Source: Tubulanus polymorphus
Taxonomy: Eukaryota > Animalia > Nemertea
DNA: 64,000 nt
Reading direction: 5' to 3'
Assembly (NCBI RefSeq): GCF_964204645.1
Contig: NC_134029.1
Coordinates: 22,562,950 to 22,626,949 of the forward strand
Shown: piece by piece, positions 25,452 to 39,512 of the stretch
Layout: every line of letters starts with the position of its first letter
How positions within the stretch are numbered: position 1 is the first letter of the stretch
Notes under the pieces: model-generated
Database searches by the model: none
What the model saw: only the letters and a program-made list of their open reading frames with translations
Told to the model about the DNA's origin: nothing
Translations under genes and position numbers: made by a program

Positions 25452-27228
25452 ATTAAGTCGAGAATATGTTTATATTACTGTTTATTATCAAATATGTGAA
25501 GTTGTATATTAAAAAGAAAAACTGAGAAGGAATGTGGTCAATTATAGTCTTTAGTTTAGTTTTTCCTCTATCTTAGTTTGAATTATCTTGAACTCAATTG
25601 AACTTTTATTGTCTCCCCTTTGTTCTTTTGGCTCCTAGAAGGATTTACAAGAAAATGCCAAAATAGAAATATCACAGTGTATCAGATATTGACCATCAAG
25701 TGCAGTTTCCCATGCATAACGTTGGTGGTAATTACAGGAACTCGCATGCCAGAGCCTATGAATTGACGTCTCTGTAGTCAATTGCTGTTCAACTATAGCA
25801 AACAAGTAATTAAACTATCTCTGTAAGATGATTTCAAACTCGCTCATAATGCCGCACTTCCAGAGTAACTTTCCAAATAAAAGCCTCAGTTCTCGGAGAG
25901 ATTGAATTGATAGACATACAATAAAATTCAGAAAAAAAGATTTTGTGTAAAATTCTTTATTTTTATTACCAGATCAAATTGCGTAAGGTCAATATATGAA
26001 CAGTATAACCCTTAATTGTGACTAATGCCTTTCACACTCACACAATGTGGAGTTCTATACAATAGATCTCTACAAAAAATGTCATCATTATATGTTTTTA
26101 AATATTCTACAGTATATATAAACAATATAATGGGATAAAACGAACCACTACTCTCCTCGACTCTCGTGTCAAAGTTCACGAACAATTTTCATAATATTTT
26201 TCCTTCATTTCAATGATTCATATATTTCATCAACAGTAAAATATTCAGCGCTGGCAATGTATATAAGTACACGAAGAATTGTAGCCAAACTAATTGCCAT
26301 ATATTAAAATCCATTCATTTTCTTATTACATATGATAGATGGACTAACTCAAATTTAAGCAACATAATATCTATGAACCACACTCACTGGTGAACACTTC
26401 TCAGGCCTCACCATGGCATACACAAGTTTATTCAAATAATCTGATGGTAAAATTTTGAGAAAGCCTGCAATCATGTACCCTACATATTGTATATATCAAT
26501 TTGTGTAAATAAAGTATACCCCTGGTGACAATCGGGGAGTGTTTGAAGGAGAATTTTGGAAATATTCCTTTTGACAACTAGTTTTATTGTAAGCATTGAT
26601 TTCAGCTTGACGTGATACTATTCACAAGTACACCTTACAGAGCATTCAAAAAGCAATTACAGATGAAAGTGTGGCAATCATTCCTATAACAGAAGGTTCA
26701 CTAGTGTAGAATGTGTGGAAACCATTAACACTCACAAATCTTGTGGAAGTTTCCTGAAGTAAAGACTAATTGAATGTAGACACTATTGTTATTTAAGGTT
26801 GCCGGAATATTTCCTAAGAGAATGGCGAATCAGTCGTACCTAATAGAATATGCCTTGTAAAAGGCGTGTATATATATGAATAAACGATGATAGAAATTTC
26901 AGAAAATGATTCACATAAATCAGCGACAAAAATAACGATAAACCATGAATAATACTAACTACATAAACACGAATACTATATGTCAAAGTGTCTGTCGTAC
27001 ATATCGAATGTATCAAAGAATTAAATAACAGGATATCAAGTTATAACAGTGGCAAGGTCAATGTATAGAAAAAGTTCACAGACATCATTCATTTATTGCT
27101 ATTTATCAAGAGCGACCCACTGGGTCGAAAATAATGTCATGAGATAATAATCATGGCAGTCAAACTGAGAAGGACAATAGTAACAGATTGTCAGAGATGA
27201 AAGCAGAAAGGAAATCAACAGAAATTGC

Positions 27229-27512
27229 TTAACCCTTTCATTGTCTACGCCACAGTGCTGTGTATAAATCAGTGATGGACTTACGGGACTACAAGCAATT
27301 TTAATTGCTCGGCGTTCGGAAGTACACCAGCAGTTATTAATTTTTATCTCTATTAAAAGATGTCAAGTACTGTGAAGTATTAGTAACTAATGATACACCG
27401 CACCACGGTGTAGACACTATAGTGGCATGCCCATTATTCAACACACCGGGGTCGAATTTTCAAATTATCATCAGCATTTTTGGGAGTTAATCAGTCCGCA
27501 CAAAAAGGGTTT
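27229..27512. mobile_element. piggyBac-type MITE, degenerate inverted copy
   Basis: TTAACCCTTTCA start; internal TATTAGTAACTAATGATACACCGCACCACGGTGTAGACACTATAGTGG...TATTCAACACAC is the reverse complement of the 21491 copy; ends AAAGGGTT. Confidence 0.7.
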
Positions 27513-30500
27513 ATTACTCTCTTAAATTTCCACATTGAATTTCAGTAGCTGTTGTTTTGAAAATACAGCAAATACGGTAATTTTTGCAAACTGGTAGCTG
27601 TTTTACAGAAGCCTTTCTTATTTCTATTTGTTGTGCAAAATTTCGGATCTGAAGTATCTCAAGCTAAAAGCTGCTGGTCACTTAGGGATCATACATTAAG
27701 TTTTCACCTCTATAATCATTTCATTTAACCCCTATGCTACACAGCGAGATGTACCTGCTAATGTACATAATAAATGGATGTGGACCCTGTATTCGTTCTG
27801 ACACTCCTTACATTTTCGTGTACTACTACAGATGCAGAATATGCCAAGTTTTATAGGAAAAATATGATTCCAGGAAAATGTAATCAATAGACAAGTCGTA
27901 TGAATGATAACAGGTGGTCTCTGCGGACACACTATAATAGAACTCTGAAGCACTCTACAAATAACGTTAAGCAAACATGTTACAGCCACCAGTGAATGCG
28001 CTATATCTATATGAAAATGCATATTTCACTATATTTGCATTTCATCTAATCATTATTCCAGGACTGTTTAATTTCAATACGATTTACTACTAGTCTAATA
28101 GCACATATCATATCGGATTCAATTGGATTCATTTTGCTGTGGAAGACAATCTGTGATGATCATATGTTACTGAACCATGTCAAACTTATTCACTGAACAA
28201 TTTCACACCCGAAGTTAAATAGCTTGATAGGGCTTTAATAAATCAATCTTACATTCGGAAGAACAGAGAACAAAGAAGAAGTTTTACAGCTTGATATAGG
28301 GATGATAAATCAGTCTAACAATCAGAAAAACAGAGAACCAACCGACTTGCAGCTCCTACCAATGAAAGAAGTATTGTCCTTGATCAATTACCAGTGTCTT
28401 CAATGAGGAGACACTGTCTATGACCATTTATACTTTCAGTAGGTAATCATAGCCACTGATTCAGTTCATCAGACATTCACAAGCAGACATAGAGATACAA
28501 TAGGCAAGCCCTTTATGACCAACTGATCTTGTCTCAACAAGAATATTCATATTATAGAATTCTGTTCTATATAAACAAGACTTGTACGGTCAACTATGCC
28601 AATGACTAACTTGATGAAACGATTTCATATATTCTTCAACATATCGTCATCATATCATAACTTTCATATCATCTACAATACGTGAAATAAATTACTACAA
28701 ACTAATACAAATTTTCACAACCTTCAAATTCCAAGATTAAATACACATAACAATACGTATATCCTCGCGAGTTCAAATATGAGAACGGTGTAAGATAACA
28801 TAACAACATTTCTCATATTCAAAGCAGTAAATTGATTTAGTTCTATGTAGAAGTTTAAACATGGTATGAGTAATAAGTGCTTCGTTAGACAGGCCCATGT
28901 GGCACTGGTTTATCGGATTTCAAAGAATATCAAGTTTTTAAGTATATTTTCAAGTGAACACTAGTGTCCTAGTTTTGTATATATATATATATATAATATG
29001 AAGGTTCCATGCAACAAAATCAATGAAATAATCAATTCTGATATCAAACCACTGCACAATATGTACATATGTACTACCGGTATACCAACCCGTACAATAC
29101 TTTAAATACAATCAGAGAATAGGAGTTCAAAGGTGAATTTCAGAAATGTTCGTATACCTTAAATAGTAAAACGATTTTGGTTATATTGTTTATCATATTG
29201 ATTCAAACTTTAAAAGTAGAAATGTATGGAGTTCAATAAGTAAAATTCTAAAAATGTCTAACATGTTGGTTCGGCAGCAAAACTTACAGAAACGAATGGC
29301 ATATATCAATTATTGATACAGGAATGAACCTAAGCAGCAGAGAAAAACTTGAGGTTGACCTGAGGTTTTTTAAATTCAACTACGCCTGCTTTCAATCAAG
29401 GATATCTATTATCAAATTAACGCGTTACAACAACATTCCAAGATCGCAAATCAAAATTAAACTCTTGATCCAAACCCTAAAACTATGCACGCAAAACCTT
29501 AGAAAGATGTTATATTTCATATTCATATGTATGACCATCCCCACTTTGATCTAACCCTAACTGTCATGGTTAAATTGTCTATTAACAACAGTAGATTAAT
29601 AACTGAACTGAACTGAACTGCAATGCTATACAATTTCAAGATTAATCATTAAGACTCTTATTTATTCATACATATACATGTTGAAAATGGAATGTTTTAT
29701 ATCATACTTTGAAATACATTTCTGCCGTATTCGCTCAACGTCATAAAAACTTTTTTTGGTGAAATTGCGATAATTCCCGAATGTGCCAAGATAGAACAAC
29801 AGGTACATCTGATTCGGTCGAACTTACAGCCTTAATTAGACATGAAATAGAAATGTACGAAAAACCAACAAGTCCCACCTACAAATAAGTAGAGGAACGT
29901 TTGAAAGTTGAACGTGTCCTCGAAACAAAATTTCTAACGGAAACAATTTTTGCACAAGAATTAGATACGAAAACAACACCGATTTGGCACAATATGCACG
30001 GTTAATATTCATCTTTGTCAAAGACACGGTCAACATTCTAAATTAGCACCATCCGGGAATTATCAAATTCTTCTAATGACAGATAATACAACTTCGCCTG
30101 CTTTTTAATTTTCCATTGTACAAGGATAGGAATGAATCTTTTAAAATGTACAGTAGCTCTACTGGTAATGTATATCAACCCTAAAACCACTTGTCAAAGT
30201 ATATAATCATTGGAATGGTATGACGATAGTATTGACATTGCACGCAGTACACTTAATCCACAATCAGTAACTCATTCAAAACTCTGCCGTGTCGTTATTC
30301 ATCTGTATATCTGAAATCCTGGTTTTAAGAATCAATCTACTGCAGCTGCTGTTGTCATCAATGATGCTGATTTGTATATTACTATTTCAGTACGTTTTCT
30401 GCCACCGTCTAAACTTTTTATTTTCTAATAATCCCGTCAGTCATCTTGCGCGACGACGACGAATCACAATAATTGCGTTGAGATATACACTTTATTTTCA

Positions 30501-30623
30501 ACATAACAATAATCAACAGGGTTCAGTTCCGCAGTTATGAGTTAAGAGAGTTTGAGTCAAATCCTAACAACACAAAACTGTGGCACTGGGTCCCGTAATT
30601 TTCTACGAAACGATCGAGTCCGA

Positions 30624-33600
30624 TCATTTCTCGACCATGGCCGCCTCCATGCCTTCGACGTCGCAGTCCTTTTCCGAGATATTACTCTCATCTATTGAGT
30701 TGTCTGATGATAAATCGAGTGATTGAATATCTCCGTCTTTCATTAGTTTTATGATTGATACAAATAATTCCGGATTTAATTGGTCCGGATTTAGCCACGG
30801 TTTCCAGTGAGGTCTGTTCACCGCCTTCCACGCTTTGTAATCTCGTGCTGCTTTATGTAAGCGATTTGTCACCTGAAATGAATCATTTTGATAAAAAGTT
30901 TAGAATGATCACTAAATTGGAGCACTGACGAACACGCATCAAAATAGATCGAAGGAATATGGATGTTTAAGCAATAAAACGTGTAGCTCGCAACGTAGAA
31001 TGGAAGATATTTCGTAACTCATGTGGACATTTATGCTAAAACAAAAAAAATCAACTGTCATTTTGTTATCATTTGTTTTGTATGTGTACTGTGACTTATA
31101 ATTCCTATTGTGGACCGGGCACTAATAGTAGAGTCACGTATATAATCAAATGAATAATAGTAATATAGTTCCTGGTAATATATGTCATTTCTAGTGAAAT
31201 ACTCCGGTTATCTGAGTCCAGACTATTTCTGATGTATCGTACTGATACTACAACAATTACTGCTGAAATAACCAAATACTGCGAGGCTAAAAGACGGTTT
31301 ATTAGATTATTGTTGCGTGCCGCCAACGAATGGTTTCCACTCGAAGCTATCTACAGAGAAGCCGCTTCCACTGAATGCAGTGCAACGAAGTCCTATACAC
31401 AAAATCGGCGAAGATGATGGAAGATTTTTAACGGCTAAAGGTTTGCAGATTGAAGCAGGTTTAAACTGCGGACCGGGCTTACCTTCGGAGCTACAATTGT
31501 CGAACCCTTATCTACTATACGATGCGGAAGTTTGCCTGGGAACAAAAATCGAAAAAATTACAAGATCAGTAACAATAGAAAAATAATCAAAAAATGCTTT
31601 CGTAGCGATGCGGGAAGGTGCAGTTTTTAATCAAAAGTGTGATGGATTTCGACGTCGAGAATGTGGGAGTCATTTCATACAATATCGGATAACGTCACGT
31701 GGAACACACCTAAAAAAAACCTGCATATCGACGTGTTTAAAGATCGGATTAACGTCTGCCACTCCTCGGGAAGAAGAATGGATTCAGGTAACCGCACGCA
31801 CACCGGTGCAGTTACCTTCATTTATCTTAGCCTTCGGACAAAAAGGGCAAGTTGGCGAAACACTCCTTCCGCTGTTGGGAGTCTTACCCAAGGGAACTGA
31901 TACCGATCACGCGCGGAGTCTTACCTTTTAGATCGCATTGCGTAATGTAATACATTTTAGTACCGGCGCCGTCTGCTACTACATAGTAACCCGTCAGGTA
32001 CGATATTCCGCGGATAAACTCTTTGGTTGCGGGAGCTGCCTGTAAAAAAAAAACAATAACAATGATATTTATCAGTCACTGATCCATGAAAAATTATTGA
32101 AGAGTAAAAATGAAAGAGCTTTTTCATGACGCCGCAACATTATTGCTGATTTAAACGTGTGCGAACGCGCATGATTTGGTACATTCTTAGGTTGTCCATT
32201 CCAGGTACAGACAGACGAATTAGAATGGACTAACTAGCGTTAATCTGGTAGCATTGCGACCGATATGAACAACCGAAATAAACTCTTCAATTGCTTTCAA
32301 CGAAAATATGATTAATCATTCAGTACATTGTTTAAAAAAATATCATTCATTGATTTCCCTCGAAGGGGTTCTTCGTGGATTTCCGTTGAATCACACAAGA
32401 TCTATCGATGTTTTCGATCAGTCCAGCCCCCGCCGACCGATTCACGTTTGATATTTTCTCAGAATTTTGACGATGACGAAGCGGAGAGAAGAGTTAATCG
32501 ACTCGACTGCCGTGACATTAATCCACCTCGTGACGGCCACCAATCCATGACGCGCGCAGATACGCAGCAGCTCTACATATATGTATACTGAATTCTCGAT
32601 CTAAAAATAGCTCGGTCATCGCCTACTCATTACCAGCAAGCATGACTCCCACACACAAACTCAAAATGAAATTGATTATTAATATATTATGGTAGTATAA
32701 TAAGTGTAGATAGCGTATCTAAGTATCGCCTATCGCTACAAGTATCAATCGTTTCGAAACTACGATCTCGAATAGTTTCGAAGCGTGGGAGGCGACTTCA
32801 AATCATTAATCAGAAACGAATCTCGAGAAAATATCTAATTTCCAATCAAGTAAATAGAAGAAGGAGTGGAGTCTGATGATAAGAACGTAGTTCGCGCGTT
32901 TCCGCGAATATGTTACGATATCGAAGCCTCTGAAGATGTACCGGTACCGACGCGCCTCACAGACCAATAGAATCATAATGATACAGGCAGTCTAGAAAGA
33001 GTGAATCAATATCATACAACGACGAATCGTGTGAATAATATAGTTTATTCGCGGCGAGAGTGAAATGCACAAATTATTATTCTCGCTCATTATTAATCAA
33101 GCGTTATGAAATATCGATTGTATTTCTCTGATCACCTGGCGTGCCGATGCTGAGAGCTTGTAGCTGCCATAGCGCACTCAATATTCACCGCAGTCAGCGA
33201 GATGAGCTCAATTGATGTAGCAAATACTAATATATATAAGTGAGAATACAATCAGCTGCTAGTACTACGCGATATTCTTCCTATCTGTCCGCGGTTTATC
33301 GACTAAATTAATATGATTTACCAACCGCGAAAAAGACATTACTGCTATGTATACTGACAAAATGAATAGTCTGATATCCAGCACTTGAACATGTGTTTAT
33401 ATGGTCTGATGGTCCTTTTCTGTGGCAAAACAAATTTGTTGACCGGTCAATAACCTCTAGTTCCATGAAATATATTCCGATAATATTCGTACTAATCGTA
33501 TCATAATACGCTTTGGAAATTAGATTCCGTGAGATCCCTATTGGGGTTTCGACCGTTGCTCCCAATGCCATGTCGGGCCATTTACAGTGGACCTCAGCTT

Positions 33601-34650
33601 TTAAGACTTAGTATAGATGCTGTGATGGTCGGTGCTAGGTTTGTCAGTGAAGCGTAGTCTTTATATCGAAATCGCTGTGATTAAGCGCGCGGCCCGTGAC
33701 TCTATACGGATTGAAAGAGCTTGAAGGAATTCTTTGTAATTGCTGCAATGATGATAAGAGATGGACTCGGCGTGAATACTTACTACATGATTGACGGAGT
33801 GATTCATTATGATAAACTCTTCTCTCTCCGTGTATAGCCATGAACGTTGCGTTACAAAATCTCGATTCTTCAACGGAGTTGGCGCCCGAACTGAAAATAG
33901 AAATATACGACATGACGCTAGTAAATCTTCAACAGAGGTCTGTTTTATATAACCATAACTACGCAAGGTCTCTGTCGTAGAGAACCCACAAGGGAATGCA
34001 TATCTTCAAATGTATCGTTTAAAATCATGTAGTGGGTGACTATAAGGATTGTGGTATCATCTCGATACGGCCCCTTACGAATGTCTTCAGTGACACTTAT
34101 AGTATATCAATAAATACCAGTCTTATCACTAATGGAACACGAATTTCGTTTTTTTTTTTATCAAACAGCCATTGATTATGAAGAAAGTTAGATTAATGGC
34201 CTAAAAATGAAAAATCTGGCGACGTAGTGCAATCTCCAGATCCAGATCGTATTGATCTAATGATGAAGATAAATATTAGAACCAGTCACTGGGAATTTAT
34301 AGTGTTCTGTGTTTCCCCTGAGAGCTAAATCTTAAGCCAGACAAAGCAAATCTCTGCGCAAAACAATTCAATGTATAATTCACAAGCGAATGGAGACGAA
34401 GGTTGACACATCGAGGTGAATTCAGTCCGAAGACCAATTCACCGATCAAATGTTTGACACCGGGCGATTTTGGCGGTGATCACATTTGGCATGTTCGATT
34501 TGCTGCCTAGAAAATTTGCGATGCGTCTCGTCGCACATTAGGCAAAATTTGGCGAATCAATTTAACGAGTAAATTGGCTTCGTCTGTGACAGGTTTTAGC
34601 CGGAGTTGAATAAACGAGTGTAGAATCTATTTGCAGTAACATTGCAGATA

Positions 34651-34740
<90 letters not shown>

Positions 34741-37700
34741 CTATATAGCGTGACCGATTGAACGGAAAATTTCGCTGACGTCATTCAGTTATCACCAGTA
34801 TATGCACAGATGTTCCAATCGATATTTAATCGTTGATGTTGAGGCCTAAACTCCATCATTTGCTACAGGTGCTGATTTTACAACTCATTTCAAAAAAGAC
34901 AATAGACGATAGGCCTACATAGTACAACCATTTCTCAGTTAGCTATTAACAATCCTATCACTCATCTATCCAATAATTCATTCAGATAACCAGGGAAGAG
35001 ATAACTTATCATTATGCCCAACTGAAAATGGGGAAAAAATTATGAGATTTTTGTCATATTGTGCAGTACTAAGTAATCCTGGAGATGATTATCAGGATAG
35101 AGGGCCTAGTCGAACCGTGGAAATAAATCGTTAGTTCAAGAAACCGTTGTTTTTCGAGGTTCTTGTTTTCGAGTGTGGGATTCCTATCGCACAACTCCGA
35201 CGGAGCATTTCATCAGTGGTTAATACATTCTTCATTGTTCTTGCTGAGTTTCATCAGGATCATAGTTTCAGAGCCAATTATCATTCCTTCTTCTAAAGTT
35301 CCCTTAGATGTCAAATAAGATTTTCTTACATAGTTGCCATCAAAACGGGACGAAATTAAACCAAAACAGTACGATTGATTCAGTTTGTTCGGCCAATAAA
35401 GCAGTACCATGATCATACCCTTATCTACATCTCGTATGGCGTCTTATTGTCATTACCTAATCCAACCACCAAACACACAACAGCTGCACAGATGAGTGAA
35501 TAAAGTCAAGAATAGTAGAATAACTATAATTCATTAGGTCTACCGGGTATACAATATTCTATTCAAACAGGACCAGTTTTCATTGGACATAATGGAGAAA
35601 AATAGTTTTTTTTCAAGATGTTACAAGTAAATGTGTAATGAGTCCGTGTTCCATGTAAGACCTATCCTTTCAACTGGATAAGAATGATGGATGTGCCTCG
35701 CATATGCTCAAAAAATCAAAGCCATTAGGGAGAATTTTCCGCCGTGACTTTTTGACATTTAAGTATTGAAGCATCAATCCATACGCCATGAATGTTATTG
35801 GTCTAGCTGTCTTCGATCAACTGATGTACTGCTGGAGACCGCGTTTACAGAACGGCGGTCAACAGAGAGACAAGCGAATACAAGCCAATACTTCAAACTC
35901 ATCGCTTAACAATTCAACGCATCAATACACATCGTTCTAATCATCACATTTTGACACTGATGTCGAATATGTATCAGGAATCGCAGTAGCCCACACCTTC
36001 TACAATACGATATACTCGTTCGAAGTAACCCCATCCGTTACCGACAATATAGCCATTCAATATTTGTCGACTTCAGATTCATTTTGTCACTAGTTTACAA
36101 TAGACAATCTAATATTAATCAGCAGTGAAGCCTATACTCTCACATCAATGAATACGTGTGAAGCCAGGATTTGCGGCTTACCCTAATTAAATCTAATTAG
36201 CGTCGCCCTGAAATCTAATAAATCCACGGAAGACCGAGAGAGTCGCTACGCCGCCGAGTAGAAGCCTTGAAGGATATCATCACAGTTGTAACGAGTATGT
36301 TGAAAATGGTAAAACCGACACTAACCGGGCGTACTTGTGAGCAGAAAATGATTAACCGCTAGTGTGGTCTTACCCGCCTGGGGAGCTACTTTACATAATG
36401 GTACTCTGCTGCCACTAATCAGTTTTTATTCATCAATGTTTAAACATATATTCGCTATATGTATGTAACAATGCAACCGGGTATACATTGCCATCGGCAT
36501 GTCGGCTCTATTGGATAAAATTAAAACTGTTTTAATACGCTAATAGACTATTGAATATTTGACGGATATGATAATTACTGCGATAATTGCGTTCAAATGT
36601 ATTATTGATATCGATCATCGAAAAAGAAATTAGATTTTCAAATTACATCGTCGCGTTCGCGAGACGCAGCCAGCCCGACTTCATTCTGGGCGAGGACGAC
36701 AATTCGAGCAGCTGCTACTTCGATCGTTCGATATCTTATATTTAATATTATTCCATAACAAGCGGTCGACGTTCCATACATTGAGAAACCTGCTACACTA
36801 CATTAATGTAGTAGAACTAAAATGTTCTATTCTGTAGGCGTTTTTCGTCTCGTAAGACAATCGAGGCTAAATAGCCTTAGATTTAAAGCTTACGTATTTA
36901 TTAATCAAAAGCGACGTTCATAGGATTTATTCTTATTAACATTTTTATGGCGAAAAACTGAATAAGAATTGTGAACAGGGACAAGCTGTCGCACGTATCG
37001 GTCAATGTGAACTATAGTTTGAATAATACTGCCTAGACATAGGCCTATATCAACTTTGAAAACACGGTATAAAACCGCCACAGTTCAGAGAGAAACAAAG
37101 TCAAAACTGGGAACACTTTGAAATGAATAATGTTTTTAATAATTATGAAGTTACCGGTAGGCTAATGATTTCTGCAATCGCGTTAACATAGATAAAAATA
37201 CTGCGACTTGTTTAATTATTTAATTCATCGCATGACACGCTCTATGAGAGGGCCATGCAAATGAAACAACGAAATTCTATATATCGGAATCGATCGGTTT
37301 TTTATTTCTGTATTACGAACGCGTGTGTATGATAAACTGTATTGCTGTATGATGGAAGTCACGCGGTATATCGTCGCGAGGTTCTCGCCGGCTATCCTCG
37401 CAAGAATTCAATTGAATTATCAAACGACGAAACTATCCGATTAAAACATCACGTACAACGATGTCCCGATTTTGAAAGGAGAATTGATTGTGAATTATGA
37501 AAAGCCTTCCGAACGAGATTCATGAAAGACTCGCCACAATAGGCGTATATGTATATTTAACAATATGAAGTACTATGATATTGTAAATGATGAGTCATCT
37601 AATAAGAGCTGGAGTATAATAATTAATACTAATAGATGGATAGATATTGAACGGCAGACATTTAAACCACTCGTTCACATTCATTAACCTGCACGCTCCT

Positions 37701-39122
37701 ATCGTAGGCCCCTATTTAACTCGTTCAATTCTGTTGCCTGACATGTGATGGCTGTTAAAAATCTTCCGGCTGAACGCGACTAATTAGAGGCATATTTATT
37801 ACTCATATAATCATTTCACTTTACCGGATTCGAAATAGATTTTTCTGTATAGATTTTAATGATAATTCAACTCAGTTCAGAGTTGGATCAAGTGGATACA
37901 CGAGGAAGGCCTCGAGCCAGGAGTCACTGAGCGCAAAATAGACACGATAACATATATGTAATTACCTGCATAATATCCGATGTCATTATTTGCGTTAATG
38001 TAGCATATTTCTCGGCCAGAGATCATGTGTTTATCCCACACCGCGCGGTAATCCGGATCATGAACTACATCGTACAGGACATCGAGTGATATATCAGGGA
38101 ATGTAGCTAGCACCTGAAAAAAAATCGTTTAGATTTTATACGATTCGAAGGTCGGTCCGAGACACGATAAAAAACGGATCAAAACACGTTCGAGAATATT
38201 CTTGGTGTTTGGAATGAAGCCAAGTTTAAGGGCATTAGATTGTCTCTTAATTTCAGGGGGTTGGAAGAATTATAGGTCCTATATTTTTGTGTTAATTATG
38301 ATGCAAGGCAAAACTGTTAAGGAAATGGTTTCTATTCGAGAATCATAAACAAACACAACACAGTTCACCAGGGTTCACAGTTTGAGAGAGTGTATGAGTA
38401 CTGCCAACTCGAATAGCAAGCATCACATCTACTTTACTTATTACACCATTGATAGCCTAGGGGCCAGTTCAGCTGTAAACTGGTACAACCTTTAACCCTG
38501 GGGCTAACTCAATTGAGAATGTATTAGAGTAAATACCAATCCATAAACCGGGCCCCAGAGCATGGGTTTTTGATACATACAGCAGGGATGAAAAGTTATC
38601 TTAACGACTTGAATTCGAAGAAGGATTAGAGACATTAACTTTTCATCTGCAGATATAACATCAACCAGGAGCATGTCCCGACAAAAACATTCTTGCGCTT
38701 TATCGACTTGACACTTGTCAGTTGGCTGCTATATGACCAGCACTTGCCAAAGTATAGCAAGTCAGCAGCACCAACCAAGCCAAGAACGAAATGACATTTA
38801 TTTTTGTTTTGGATCGATAGGCCCTATTCTAGAACATGATAACAAGTGCCTAATTACAACACTTTTCAGTAGACATGTAGTCTTCTAGGGTTTGTTAGAG
38901 AATATGCCTGTGGTCTGTGGTGACACGCGTTGCCACGACGTCACCCGGTTGGTTGTAAATAGTTACCTTGATTTGTTTCATGTGAGAGTTTTCGGTTTTC
39001 CTCGTCCAAACCTTCGTACTCGATTTCTTATACTCCTCTTTCCAGTCATCGTGCTTAACACAACTGTTCTTAAAATATGCAAAATCGCTATCCTCCGCTA
39101 TTTTTACCTTACCGACCTCCAT
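30624..39122 (-). CDS. STARD10: START-domain lipid transfer protein (STARD10 / PCTP-like), 6 exons
   Basis: Exons: MEVGKVKIAEDSDF...MKQIK | VLATFPDISLDVLYDVVHDPDYRAVWD...DIGYYA | RAPTPLKNRDFVTQRSW...IIMNHSVNH | ...FIRGISYLTGY...ITQCDLK | GKLPHRIVDKGSTIVAPK (31483-31535) | ...LHKAARDYKAWKAVNRPHWKPWLNPDQ. Confidence 0.9.
34648..34737. repeat. (TA)n microsatellite
   Basis: About 90 bp of TA with one CA interruption. Confidence 0.98.
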
Positions 39123-39512
39123 TCTGTTGAAATAGCGACGAGAACCGTATGAATAGCTACTATAAACTGAAGAACGACTGAACAATTAGGAAGGGCTGCT
39201 CCGAGAATATACTTTTCGCGGAAGCGGACTTCAATTCAATTCAACTTCATCGCCTGGCATGCCACAGTAGGAACCCGATCCCATAGGTTCGAATCCGACG
39301 TTTGCCAGTATTTAGATTTGTTTATTTCACGAAAAGCGATAAATAGAAATACATACAAAAAGTAAGAATACATAGATCTTTCATGGATCCTTTGGTTATT
39401 GAATATAAAGCGATTCGTTTTGAACGTTTTGAATTGGTTTCGAAATGACGCGTTTGAGCTACAGAAATCCCGAACACCTCCGGGTTTCCCAAATATTAAA
39501 GAATTGATCAAA

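Noticed and set aside
31608-31931. Nested plus-strand gene or mutually exclusive exon in STARD10 introns
   Set aside because: The ORFs show no recognisable domain and no second LPxW-type exon was found on the minus strand.
34596-34784. ORF with YIYIYI repeat (also the RACV/THAR ORFs at 54442-54852)
   Set aside because: Translations of microsatellites.
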